This document shows, piece by piece, positions 26,322 through 39,189 of a stretch of DNA of 64,000 bases (positions within the stretch are counted from its first letter, which is position 1; each line of letters opens with the position of its first letter). A program made the position numbers and the translations under genes. Source of the stretch: Eledone cirrhosa (Eukaryota); assembly GCA_964016885.1 (NCBI GenBank), contig OZ024743.1, forward strand, positions 182,466,001 through 182,530,000. The letters are read 5' to 3'. The notes under the pieces are model-generated. The model did no database searches. It was not told the DNA's origin and saw only the letters and a program-made list of their open reading frames with translations.

Positions 26322-26389
26322 ACGACAAGACCATATTTTTCAATACTAACGATGTATCAACACCTGATGCTACCCACTTCTTGAATGAG
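26322..26389 (+). CDS. ITPK1: ITPK1-like coding exon E (DDKTIFFNTNDVSTPDATHFLNE)
   Basis: tttttctttatgatag acceptor; gtaagt donor at 26390; 68 nt, phase 1/0; resembles the family IFFNS..VS.P segment. Confidence 0.9.
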
Positions 26390-26416
26390 GTAAGTCTTGG
26401 CTACAAATTCTTTTTT

Positions 26417-26625
26417 GTGTGTGTGTGTGTGTGTGAGGATGGTCAATGGTGTTGGGTGTGTGTGTGAGGCTGGTTAATAGGGTTGGGGGGATGTTTAATG
26501 GTGTCGGGTGTGTGTGAGGCTGGTTAATGGTGTGTGTGTGAGGCTGGTTAATGGGGTTGGGGGGATGTTTAATGGTGTTGGGTGGGGTGGGGGTGAGGCT
26601 GGTTAATGGTGTTGGGTGTGTGAAC
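26417..26625. repeat. G/T-rich degenerate minisatellite (gtgtgaggctggttaatggtgttgg)
   Basis: About 8 diverged units seen directly. Confidence 0.85.
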
Positions 26626-26639
26626 ATTTTAATTAATAT

Positions 26640-26920
26640 TAATAGGGTTAGTAAACAGCCACAACTGTTTTAAGGTCATCTTTTCTGCTAAATCAGGGGT
26701 TAGCCTTGCAGGCCCCATGACAAGTTTCTCCATTTTCCCTATTGTCTGCACCCCCTCACCAACCTCCTGGCTTTTATTTCCTCCTCTATCATCTTTAGCC
26801 ATGTCTTTCTTGGTTTTCTCCTCTATTTCTTTCCACATTCATTTCCATCACTCCTTTCACCCAGTCACTTTCATTCTTCCTCAACACATGACCCAACCAT
26901 CTCATTCCATTTATTTTCCC
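26640..26920 (-). mobile_element. RTE-like LINE 3' fragment (different subfamily)
   Basis: Minus-strand MRWLGHVLRKNESDWVK...RGENQERHG resembles the RTE C-terminal RW.GHV.R...GRP.KTW motif. Confidence 0.65.
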
Positions 26921-27614
26921 ATCATTAAAAATAATAATAATGAAATTATTGTGTAAAGTGTTCAGGTGCACTACAACTCTGCAATTCATTGTTTACTCCC
27001 GCCCCCTCTCTCTCAATGATACTCTACTCATTCATTAGACTGGACCGTTCCCATTTACATATTTCCCAGCCTTCTCTGCTGTTCCACATCACCCATGTCT
27101 CCTTCCCATAAATCACGGTACTTCTTATACAAGCAATGTACACCTTCTCCTTCAGCTTCAGCAATACTTCCCTCAGCCCATAAAACATTGCCTCAAAAAA
27201 GATTTCATGATGAATATAAGAGCATCAATAACCATATCATAGAAAAGATTCTGCTCTTTTATATAAACTTCATAATTATTAATCTAAAAACCAACTGGCA
27301 GGAGGCCCAGGAGTAGACCCTGAGCAAGATGGGTGGATAACATCCATGAGCTTGGCTGGTCTCGCTTGGGGAACCGACTGGATCAGTTGGAGATGGTTGC
27401 TTCTGACAGGACCTGCTGGAAGGAGTGTTTGGGGACTTTACCCTCATGACCCTCTCAGGAATAAGTGAGCAAAGTAGTAGTAGTAAAAAGTCATTGATAA
27501 TTTAGGCTTCCTAATGGTCAGGGATGGTAGTAGTGAGGAGATCCTACTTAAGCGAGCAGATATCAAGTAGTGGATTAGTGTGTATATATATATATATTAG
27601 TGTGTATATATATA

Positions 27615-27810
27615 TCATCATCATCATCAACGTTTAACGTCCGTGTTCCACGCTTGCATGGGTTTGGACGGGGGTTTTCCCACTTGAGGCAAGAGTGATT
27701 GTCTTGCTCGCATAGGGCTGTCTGGCGGGTTTTCTACAGCTGGATGCCCTTCCTAACACCAACCACATTTACAGTGTGGGGCTGGAAGGTTTTTACCGTG
27801 TTGCCTACAC
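27615..27810 (-). mobile_element. RTE 3'-end fragment
   Basis: Nearly identical to 22856-23060. Confidence 0.9.
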
Positions 27811-29944
27811 ATATATATATATATATTATATAAATCAGGATAGAACCAGTTTAAAACTAGTTAGACCATTACTCAACTGAGTACTCGATACTTGGGGTAT
27901 CCTGACTCTTTATAATATATATACGTGTGTGTATGGCTATATGTAAAGCAATATCTATTTCAGTGAGAATTTTCACTATATTGTGTATCAAATAAAATGT
28001 ACTTTGTAGTATACATTCTGTCCATGTGACAGTTGTTTGTCACTGGTGACATGAGAAATCTACTGAACCAGTTTCTGGCCAATTGACAAACTTCTAACCA
28101 GCAACTTTTTTTTATTGTTCTCTAAATTCATGAGGTAAAATAAGTAACCATTACTCCACCATTACTATAGCTGGCTTTAGATTGGCTTGTTTGTCACTTT
28201 TTACAATATCCACCACCATTATTACTCCACTGTTGCTACTCCACCTTTGTTAGTCTACCTTTACTTCTATACTTACTTCAGATTGTTAAATATTTCAACT
28301 TTTTCAATCTCTTTGCCTTTATACTATATCTCTCACTGTGTCTCTCTCTCTCACTCTCCCTTACTGTCACTCTCTTACTCTCTCTCCCTCTTTCTTGTCC
28401 TATTTTGCTTTCAGTTTATCTGTTTTTCTTTCTATCTCTCTTTCATTAAAAACAATATGCTGAAACATTGGCTCATGTATACACACGCACACATACACAC
28501 ACACATACACATGTACACACACACGCTTGTATATATTCAATCTTACTCATGACATTCATCCTTTAATCTATATATACATTGACACACACACACACACTTA
28601 ACTATCCCATATATACATTGGCACACACACACTTGGCCATCCCATGTATACATTGACACACACTGAGACATCCCATATATACATTAACACACACATACAC
28701 ACATTTAGCCATCCAATATATACATTGACATACACACACTCACACTTAGCCATCACATATAAACATTGACACACACACATACTTACATTGACATATATAC
28801 ATTGACACATACTTACATTTAGCCATCCAAAATATACATTGAAACACACACACACACACTCTTAGCCCTTCTATATATACATGGACATACACACACATGC
28901 TAAAACAATCCTATATATGTGTAGAAATTGGTAGAATTCCACCAACATATTCCAACCCATTCAAGAGTGGAAAAACGGATGTAAAAACCATGATGATATA
29001 TGTAACCTATAATAGAAACCAAAGGACGATTGTATGACATATGGTGCTACATGGTAGTAAAACATGGGCTGGGGCTACATGGTAATGAAACATAAGCTGA
29101 GACTGCAGAGGACATGTGGTGCCACATGGGCTGTGACTGCAGAGGACATGTGGTGCTACATGGTAGTGAAATATAGGCTGTGTCTGCAGATGTAGACTGG
29201 AGAGAAATGAAGAAGCCATGCTTTGTTGGATGTGCAATGCAAATGTGAAAAAAAGGCCGAGCTTGGATGAAGTGAGGGAGAAACTGGGTTTAAGGGGAAT
29301 CTAACAACAATTGTTTCAGAGTTATTGCCCCTTATCAAGAATATATATTCTCTCGTCACTGCTACCTTCAAAGCCGGCCGTAAAATCACTTTGTATGTAA
29401 ATTAGGCTAATCAGCCGATGCTAGCGTGGAAGATAGACGTTAAACGATGATGATGATTATGTATATCTTTCAGAATACTATGAAACTATTGTCGACTGTT
29501 TTCTCTATGCTACTGCTGGAACAAAAAGATGACATCAGTCATCTAGAAACAACCCATGGTGTTATGAGGCTGTTTGCTTGCCAACAAACCGAATATTAAT
29601 AATATTATTATTACTCACGAATACATTTAGATATTCACCAAATTTTGTTTTTATATATATATAAAGAACAGTTCTGTGAAGAGAAAATAGACAAAATATG
29701 CCTAGTTTTTCTGGCAAGCTTTCTATGGCTGGATGTCCTTCTTACCACCAGCCACTTTATAGCATATACTGGGTGTGTTGTGTAGATCACCAACACTAGG
29801 GAGGTTGTGTCTTTGACACATCTGAAAATTATATAAAATCATCAATAAACACACATACGTCCACCATAAACAATTTCTCCGGGTTTTCCAAATCTTTTAG
29901 TTTTTTTCTTAAGTTTTCAATTTGTTTATTTTATTTATTTTCAG

Positions 29945-30113
29945 ATGGATGAAAAGGAACTTTCCAGTCAACATGTGAAGCCAAATTTCACAAAACTTAA
30001 AGATCTTGGCATCCAGTTAAGATCTCATTTAAAACTTGACCTTTTTGGAATTGATGTCATTATTGAATGCGGGACCAATCGTTATGCCATTATTGATATA
30101 AATATATTCCCAG
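29945..30113 (+). CDS. ITPK1: ITPK1-like coding exon F (MDEKELSSQHVKPNFTKLKDLGIQLRSHLKLDLFGIDVIIECGTNRYAIIDINIFP)
   Basis: tttattttcag acceptor; gtaagc donor at 30114; 169 nt, phase 0/1; metal-binding LFGID and IDIN.FPG motifs. Confidence 0.97.
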
Positions 30114-30786
30114 GTAAGCTAAACAAGACATTCATCTATTTTTCCCTTTCTTCACTTCTTTTCTCCCCATTCTTTTTTTCATTGTATGTATGTGTGTGTG
30201 TGATGGTGGGGGCTCCAAAGTAAGATTATTTTCTTTTAGTAATGTTAAGATATGACTCCTTATACTTTATTTTTGATTTAGTTTTGTGCTTACTGGTTTG
30301 TCTGTTCAGCTCATGGTGATAAGTTCATTTTCCAGCAGTGTGTTGTGTCCTTGACCAAGATACTCTATTTCACATTACTACTCAGCTGGAAAAAATTAAT
30401 TCTACCTGTAATTCAAATGGCCAGACTTATCACACACACACACTGTCTCGTGCGGAATCTCCCTGAGAACTCTTATTGGTGAATGTGTCTGTGGAATGCT
30501 CAGCCACTTACATGAGCAGTGTTCTATTGGACATCATTTTTGAAGTGTCTCAGTAGATTATATATTTATTTTACTAATCATTTGAAATATCAAATTTGAA
30601 TTACTGCATGTGACGTGTGATGTTACATGGCCAGTGACTGCAGAGGACATATGCAGGCTGAAGAGAAATGAAGGTACCTGGCTTCATTGGATGTGCAATG
30701 TGAGTGAAAGGTAGAGTTTGGACGAGCTGAGGGAGAAATAGTTTAAGATGAATTTGAGGTGGAGTGCAAGAGAGAAGGACATGTGA

Positions 30787-30829
<43 letters not shown>

Positions 30830-30834
<5 letters not shown>

Positions 30835-30982
30835 TAAGAAAGTGTGACGCCAAGAAAAGTGACCAAATGTATGTGGCCATATTTATACCACAACAACAAT
30901 AAATACAAATGGGTCCTGTTTGTATTTATCATTGTTGCAGTATTAACTATGGCTACATACATTTGGTCACTTTCTTAACTTT
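30830..30982. repeat. Near-palindromic hairpin/MITE (~60-bp arms, tiny loop)
   Basis: aagaaaagtgaccaaatgtatgtggccata...aataaatacaaatggg pairs with tcctgtttgtatttatc...tatggctacatacatttggtcacttttctt. Confidence 0.85.
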
Positions 30983-31626
30983 GTGTTTACTCTGGATGAA
31001 AATGTATTAACTTTTCACACCATTGTGTGCTTTGTGACTGCCTCAAACAATTTGAATGGTATCTGCTATACTGCGGCTACAACTTCGATTTATACCTATA
31101 TACATGTGCACACACATAAATATATTAGATTGTGTATAACTTGCTGCTTACTTCTCCAGCAATGTCCTGCAAATCGTAACTATCTTTCAGCAACTGTAGT
31201 TGTTAACTTGGGCAAGTCTTGTATAAACTTTCATTTGTAATACGTTGACACCAATTTATGATGATGATGATTAATAATAATAATTATATCACATTTATTT
31301 CTATTCATAAACTCTTTTCCTACTATTTGATGTCCTGTTATTTTCTCAGAACCATCATTATGGAGTTCATCCAACATCTACATTGTTCAACATAATATCA
31401 AAACCCTACACTAATTCCTATTACAATCTGACTCTATTGTACATATTACCGACATATGTAAAAACATGTATTATTAACCACATATTTTACATAGCTCTCC
31501 CACAGTTAGTGTTGTAAGTAGATGTCCCCTAAAACAATGTCACTGACCCACTTATAAACACACAGGTGAATCATCCTGTATCAGTTTCATTTTATGAATA
31601 CTCTCCTAGACCACCTGAATTCTGGT

Positions 31627-31630
<4 letters not shown>

Positions 31631-31713
<83 letters not shown>
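31631..31713. repeat. (CT)n microsatellite, ~41 units
   Basis: Seen directly. Confidence 0.98.
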
Positions 31714-31716
<3 letters not shown>

Positions 31717-31732
31717 CACATAAAGATATATA

Positions 31733-32623
31733 CAGGGTGCGGACGATATTTGTTCGCAAGATTACTGTCTAGGAAAAAATAACACAGTAGTTTTATTTTT
31801 TAAGATATATTTATCAAACTTGGGTCAGTTTGTCTTCATGACTTGTTCTTTCGATCTCACTTGATAAACCTGCCATTGGCATTGATTACGGCCTCAAGGC
31901 GGCCTCGGAACCGGCTACAGGCCTTCGTCACTGTCCCCTGACTTAGGCCCCTAAAGGCACTTGTGATCCTGGCCTTCAGATCGTCTTTCGTATTGCAGCT
32001 AGATCTGTTGGTGTCTCGTTCCACTGCGCCCCACACAAAGAAGTCGAGGGGGTTGCAGTCAGGCGAACTGGGAGGCCAGATGTCAGGTGAAGTGTGGTCA
32101 ACGAAGTTCTTTGACAGCCAGGCTTGGGTCTTTCAGCTGGTATGGCAGGGCGCTGAGTCTTGCTGCCACACGTACGGCCTACCTGCAGCTACCTGGTCGA
32201 TCCAGGGTTTTACTACCTCGCTCAGAACGCTGATGTAGCCATCGGTGTTCAGCTTGAGGCCCTCAGGGAAGAAGTGAGGTGGCATGACGTCACCTTGACT
32301 GCTGACGACACCTAAGACCAATGTTGTCGCTGGAAACTTTGTCTGCATGACTCTAGGCACGTCTTTGGATGAGACAGCGAGCCACCTGTTGTTCTGGGAG
32401 TTGATCTTCTGGTCTTATTTGTCCTCCCGACGCGGATTCCAAGAAGAATTCCGTGTCTTTTCCACAAATTTGGAGGTTCAAAATTATTCATAATCAATTA
32501 TTCTGAAAATAAATAATGGAATATAGTCACTGTTTTTATGAAGACAAGAGTGACAATGGAAGTAAAAAAAATTTGCATAAAATTAGCAGTTGAAAATTGC
32601 GAACAAATATCGTCCACACCCTG
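31733..32623 (-). mobile_element. Second DD37D (maT-type) Tc1/mariner copy, internally deleted
   Basis: Same TIRs as 21096-21968, TA on both sides, WQQDSAPCH intact. Confidence 0.93.
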
Positions 32624-32628
32624 TATAT

Positions 32629-33158
32629 ATCATCATCATCATCATCAACGTTTAACGTCCGTGTTCCACGCTTGCATGGGTTTGGACGGGGGTATTCCCA
32701 CTTGAGGCAAGAGTGATTGTCTTGCTCGCATAGGACTGTCTGGCAGGTTTTCTACAGTTGGATGCCCTTCCTAACACCAACCACATTTACAGTGTGGACT
32801 GGGAGGTTTTTACCGTGTTGCCTACACGGCCACATTACAGCGTGGACTGTGTGTTTTTTGTCGTGACACCTACACGATCTCATTTGTTTCGGCCTGGATG
32901 TTGTGGCACCAACATAACTTTACATACGAGGGGGTGGTGTGGATGGGGTGTGGGTGGTGGGACGGGGGTGTATTTTGTTAGAGATGCCTACTGGCTGTAG
33001 TAGGTTTTACTATGTATTTAGGTAAGGCGGGTCTTCTCTATTACTGAGTACCGCCAAAGGTCTCGGTCCAGTGACATTGTCTTGGTGAGGTGTAAGTGTG
33101 TGAGGTCGGAGTTTATCAGCTCATTCCAGGTTTTTCTGGGTCTGCCTATTCCGTGGCT
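32629..33158 (-). mobile_element. RTE 3'-end fragment abutting the mariner TIR
   Basis: Colinear and highly similar to 22856-23392. Confidence 0.92.
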
Positions 33159-33772
33159 ATATATATATAATGTAGGAGACACTACCTTGCTCACAAGTGT
33201 TTTTTTTAAAGCTTCATATCATGTCTCCCTATTTTATCTGATGAGCACGCAAATATCGTCCCTGGATGATATTTGTTTTTGAAATGCACATAATAAAATA
33301 CATGGAACTTTTTTAACCATCTTTTAATTTCTCCTTATATATATATACACACACATTTTTTCATATAAGCTATCTTTATAGCACTTCTGCACTTGAGTGC
33401 ATTCTTTATAAATATGTATATATATAATGGATACCCGATATATATTGAAAGGTGACACCAGTTAAAAATAGGGAACTCAATACTGTATTTTGATTGGTTT
33501 TTTACTGCTGGATGCCCTAACACTAACCATGTTTAGTGCTATAAATTAGTTTTGTCTTGTCTTTTACTCCATGGACAGTATTTTGGCTTGTGTCAGATGC
33601 TGTGACCTCGGGTGGACCAACAGTATCGTTGGAAGGGGTCGAAACTGCCAGAAGCCCATCTCAATGCCTGAAGACCTTGGAGTTCTAAAATAGTTTTTCT
33701 GTTGTGGTTTTTGTTATTTTATTTTATTTAACTGGATTTTGTGTGTGTTTTGGGTATTTTAAGGTTCTTGTT

Positions 33773-33955
33773 TTTTATTGTATGATAGGGACTGTGTTGT
33801 ATTTTATTGTATGGTAGGTACTGTGTTGTATTTTATTGTATGGTAGGTACTGTGTTGTATTTTATTGTATGATAGGGACTGTGTTGTATTTTATTGTATG
33901 GTAGGTACTGTGTTGTATTTTATTGTATGGTAGGGACTGTATTGTATTTTTTTAT
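33773..33955. repeat. 29-bp minisatellite, ~6 copies (ttttattgtatgRtaggKactgtgttgta)
   Basis: Direct tandem periodicity. Confidence 0.95.
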
Positions 33956-34004
33956 AGAATCTTTAATGAATTATTTTCTTTCTTTCTTTTACTTTGCTTG
34001 ACAG

Positions 34005-34585
34005 GTTATAAGGGTATTGATTGTTTTTATGACTCATTTGAGAGGTATATAATTCAATTATTGAAGGAGAAAGAATCAGATCAGAACACAGAGAGGAAGC
34101 GTTGTCAGACTGTTCCAGAAGGTTGCAATTTATCCAATGTCTGCAAGAAACAAAAGATACAAGGAATTACTGGAGAGGAATTTGATTCCATGCTGTGTGC
34201 CAGTGAAAATGACAAAGTCAAGGATAAAAATCAGGCTGAAGCAACAGCAGAAAATGGTAATGGTGTGAATATGTATAGTGGATCTAAAGTTTTGTCTTAT
34301 TTGTCAGGCACTAAAGGCAGTCATAGGGAGCAAAATGGACACTGCATTGAAAATGGCAACAACAACAACAACAACAATAACAAAGCCATTTTCTTCAATA
34401 GCAACAACCACAACAGCCTGAATAATCCACTTGGAAGTCTTAATGATGACAACAACAATATCAATGGCAGTGGTAGTAGTAGTAGTAATAGCAGTAACAA
34501 TAACATTTTCTATGATACAATCACTAGTGAAGATGTCAGCAGCCTCAACAGTGAAAACATTCCAACTGTAAATGGTCTTACATGA
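34005..34585 (+). CDS. ITPK1: ITPK1-like terminal coding exon (GYKGIDCFYDSFERYIIQLL... Asn/Ser-rich tail, TGA)
   Basis: Long polypyrimidine tract and acag acceptor; phase 1 completes FPG-Y.G; open frame to the stop at 34583-34585. Confidence 0.93.
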
Positions 34586-34617
34586 TCCTCTTCTCATTTC
34601 ATATTCTTTTTATTGTA

Positions 34618-34665
<48 letters not shown>

Positions 34666-37460
34666 GGCAGGGCGGTGGATTGGCAGAATTGTTTGAGGGT
34701 CAGACAAAATGCTTTGTGGCATTTAGTTGCGGCCTTCTGCATTCTGAGTTCAAATACCGCCGAGGTCAACTTTGCTTTTCATCCTTCCAGGGTCGATAAA
34801 ATAAAGTACTAATCAAGTACTAGGGTCAATTTAATCGACTTGTCCCTTCCTGTAAATTGCTGGCCTTGTGCCTGAATCAGAAATCATATTATTATTATTA
34901 TTAAGGATGGGGGATTGTAGAGCTGGTACTTAATGCCTTGCAATATTTAGTTATGTCCATTTTACATTCTGTGTTCCAATTCCACCGTGGTCAACTTTAC
35001 TTTTCATCCTTGTGTGAGAGTAAGTGGTGGGGGAGAAGAGACTTTATGAAACAAAATACCAGTCATGCCCTGGGGGTTGAGTTAATTCACTATAACTCTT
35101 TCTCAAATATTTCACCCTCTATAGAAATTATTATAATTATTATTTGTCTGGCCTAAAATTGAGTCAGTAGAGCGCTAGTGTAAAATCACTGCATTGTGTC
35201 GGTCATGTGTTCAAATTTCTACTTAGGTCAACCTTGCCTTTCATCATCCCTGGAATAATGTTAGTAGTGATCAGTCAATGTCTGACAAATGTAGTCTTTT
35301 TTCATTCTCTATTACTTTACAAGCCAACATGGTTATTATTAACCTCCACTGTCCCTGTCTTTTTGTATTGTCCCCTATATGTGGGCCCTAGTGACCAATA
35401 AAGTAATTATTATTATTAGGGCAGTGGATTGGCAGTAATCAGTAGAGCGTCAGATACTCTGCTTTGCAGCATAGAGGTATGACCCATTATGTTCTGAGTT
35501 CAAATCCTGCTGAGGTTAGTTTTGCCTTTCATCCTTACAGGGTCAATAAAATAAAGTACCAGTAATGCACTGGGGTCAATTTAATTGACTTCCTCTCTCC
35601 CCAAAATTGCTGGCCTTGTGCCCAAATCAGAAACCATTATTACCAGATGAAAAACTCAACTTTATTCTACTGAAGATGATAGGTGTCATCTGTCCCCCAT
35701 CAGAGAACCTCTGTACTTCCCAGATGCTTTCTATAAGTGTTCTATCTTTATATTTGTTCTAAACTTTTCGAGCCATGTTGGTAGCTGAGTACTGTGATAC
35801 TTCCAAGGACATCAATCATAATTGGTACCACATCCACTTTTGGTTTCAGTGTCCCCGTCTATTGTATTGTCCCCTTTTTTGTTGGCCCTTGCAATAAATA
35901 GAAACCATTATTATTATTATTATTGTAGGGGATTGGTTGAGTCATTAGTACAATGAACAAAATGTTTCATATTTCACAGCCCCTTACATTCTGAGTTCAA
36001 ATCCTGCTGGGGCCAACTTTGACCTTCATTTTTCCGGAGTCGATAAAATAAAGTACCAGCCATATACGGGGGTTGTTGTAATGTACTCCCCCCTCCCCTA
36101 CCCACAAATTGTTGACCTTGTGCCTAAATCAGAAACCATTATTCTTCAAGGTGGTGTTTAGCAGAATTGGTAGAATTCAGACTTAATGCCTTCTGGTGTG
36201 GTATTTTGTTACGTCCCTTTATGTTCTGAGTTCAAATCCCATTGAGGTCAACCTTGCCTTTCATCCTTCTGGCAGCAGTTTAACAGAATGCAGTACCAGT
36301 AAAATACTGGGGTTTAACAATACAGTACCAGTAAAATACTGGGGTTTAACAGAATACAGTACCAGTAGAATACTGGGTTTAATATTGCTGACTTTACTCT
36401 TAAAATATATGACTGTGTCCATGTTACGAATTATATTCTCAGTGGTACAATGGTAGTGTGAGATTAATAATTCCCTTCATTATTTAGGTGGATTAGGGGT
36501 CGGATACCATGCTTTACAGCATAGAGTTACGGCGCTTTATGATCTGAGTTCAAATCCCGCCGAAGTTAACTTTGCGTTTCATCCTTTCAGGGTCGATAAA
36601 ATAAAGTACCAGTCACGCACTGGGTTGATTTAATTGACTTTCCCTTCCCCAAAAATTGCTGGCCTTGTACCTATATAAGAAACCATTATTTAGGTGGATT
36701 AGCAGTAATTTTTGCAGCATAGAGTTACGTCCCTTTATGTTCTGAGTTCAAATCCTGCCTTTCATCCTTACAGGATTGATAAAATGATGTACCAGTAACG
36801 CACTGGTGTCAATTTAATCGACTTTCCCCGCTCACAAAATTAGAAACCATTATTAAATAAAGTACCAGTAATGCACTGGGTAATTTGCTGGCCTTGTGCC
36901 AAAAGTAGAAACCATTATATAGTTATCTCCCTTTACATTCTGAGTTCAAATCCTGTCTTGGTCAACTTTGCCTTTCACCTTTCTGTTAATAATAATAATA
37001 AAATAAGTACCACTCTAGAGTAGGGAGTTAATTCAATTGACTAAATCATTCCCTGAAAATTTGAGGCTTTGTTAGGAATATTCATCTTAGGGGTCAGCTC
37101 TGCCTTTCATCCCACTGGAGTTGATAAAACAAATACCAGTGAACTGCTGAGGTTTATTTAACTGACTTGTCCTTCCTCCAAAGTTGTTGGCCTTCTGCCT
37201 AAATTATTATTATCATTATTATTATAGTGAGCACAGTGGATTGGCAGTAATCGGTAGAGCGTCGGACACCATGCTTCGTGGCATAAAGTTACGTCCCTTT
37301 ACGTTCTGAGTTCAAATTCTGCTGAGGTTAGCTTTGCCTTTCATCCTTTAATGGTCGATAAAATAAAGTACCAGTCACACACTGGGGTCGATTTAATCGA
37401 TTTTCCCTTTCTGCCAAAAATGCTGGCTTTGTGCCTCAATCAGAAAGCATTATTATTATT
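34666..37460 (+). mobile_element. Head-to-tail cluster of ~12 full or partial tRNA-derived SINEs
   Basis: Recurrent tggcag.a.t.gg A-box, gagttcaaatcc B-box, caactttgcctttcatcc..gggtcgataaaataaagtaccag core and ggccttgtgcc...agaaacc(att)n tail. The core resembles the Meta-domain SINE motif from memory; not verified. Confidence 0.9.
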
Positions 37461-37737
37461 ATTCATCTTCCTTAAAGTTTCTCATTAAAACACATTATTG
37501 TTTGTCTGGAGAGAGACAAGGAGGAAACAAAACAAAAACATTCTTTATCTGTATATGTTTATATATATATATACACACACACATATTCACATGTATATGT
37601 AAATCTATAACTATATACATGCACGTGTGTGTGTATATATATATATATATACATGCATGTGTGTATACATAAATATGTATATGTGTATATATGTATATAT
37701 ATGTATATGTATACATATGTGTATATATGCATGTATG

Positions 37738-37770
<33 letters not shown>

Positions 37771-38102
37771 ACAATACATATATTCATTTGCTACAAATTG
37801 CGCTATTAAATATTATTAAAATCAAATGAAAAATATTAATGGAGGTACAAAAAATAATTAGAATAAAATATTCTGAAAAAGAATAAAGAAATCATTGAGA
37901 ACCAAAAAAGTGAAATATTCCTGTTGCAATGACTAAAACAAACCATTTTAGCTGTCTTTTTTTATCCTGAATACAACAAATAACTATTTTTTGCCTTGCT
38001 GTCATATAACTTTTAGTTTTTTATTTCTTTCAATTTTTTCCTTTGCCATTTTATAAATATATATTTTTATTTAAAGGAACCAAAGAAAATAAAAACAGCA
38101 AC

Positions 38103-38160
38103 AATAAAAAAAAACATGCGAAATAAAATATTAAATAAATATGTTTTTTTTGTTGTTCTT
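38103..38160 (+). promoter_or_regulatory. Candidate ITPK1 polyadenylation region
   Basis: AATAAA at 38103 and 38122 followed by a T/GT-rich tract. Such hexamers are common in AT-rich DNA, so this is tentative. Confidence 0.35.
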
Positions 38161-38394
38161 AGTTTTCCTTTATTAAAAAATATTGTTGTTAAGAGAATCT
38201 AGTTGACGTCTTCTGTTGTAGATAATGTTGTTGGTGTTACCAGTTATTGCTGTGGTTGTTGTCGGCTCTTCTTTCCAAATGACCACCCAGCAAGTTTATT
38301 CCAAATATGACTGCAACAATGGTGGCAAGTTGTATCAGCTTGGACAATATTGGTAGTGTGGAGAGAGCTAAGCTAAGCTGAGCCATACAGAGCT

Positions 38395-38635
38395 GAGTTA
38401 ATCCGATCCTGGATTAGATCCGATAATACAGGCAGTCTAATAGTGTTGACTAACAATACAGACATCAGATCCCATAATACAAGCAGTCACATAAGATCCA
38501 ATTCCGGATCAGATCCGATAATACAAGCAAGTCTGATAGTGTTGTTTGATAATACAGGCAATCTGATAGTGTTGACTGATAATAGACATCAGATGCTGCA
38601 TCTGATCCGATAATACAGGCATCTTATAGTGTTAT
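38395..38635. repeat. Degenerate modular tandem repeat (gatccgataatacaggca / tctgatagtgttg)
   Basis: Multiple reiterations seen directly. Confidence 0.7.
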
Positions 38636-39189
38636 GATATTTAATTGCTTATTTTGTAAATTTCTTGACACTCACTAAACTTAATGTGTCATGAAAAATA
38701 ACAGTGTATTTAAGGCAAGCCAGTGTGATGGAGCCTAGCTCATCTCTCTCTCCAAAGATACAACTTCAGCACCTATTTTCAGCTCAGTGGACTGGGCCAA
38801 TAAGGTCAATAATTAATACAAGGGAGAATGAAGATCAGAAACAGTAGAGAACTAATCTTTTGCTGGTTTGGACAAAAGGAAAGTGTTGTACCTATGACCT
38901 TCATAGGCCCTCTGAGACTGGTGTGATTGATACAGTTGATGTTATTGAAAAACCTAGAAGTAAATAGCTAAACACACAAGGACAGTATTTCTGAGGGCAG
39001 ACATTCTAAGAAAGACGAAGTGTTTAGTGGATGAGAATAGAATATAATACGCAGCATATTTATTTATTTACATGTGTAGATCCTTTTGTACACACACACA
39101 CACACACACAATATTTAGGAAAACGGAAACAAAAATACACAAAAAAACAGACATTTTATTTCTATCGTAATCAAGTGCGCTAAACCTAT

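Noticed and set aside
33923-34004. N-terminal part of ORF 33923..34585 as coding
   Set aside because: It is minisatellite and polypyrimidine tract upstream of the acceptor at 34003-34004.
34666-37460. tRNA gene cluster
   Set aside because: A and B boxes are present, but there is no cloverleaf, and each head is followed by a SINE body and (ATT)n tail.
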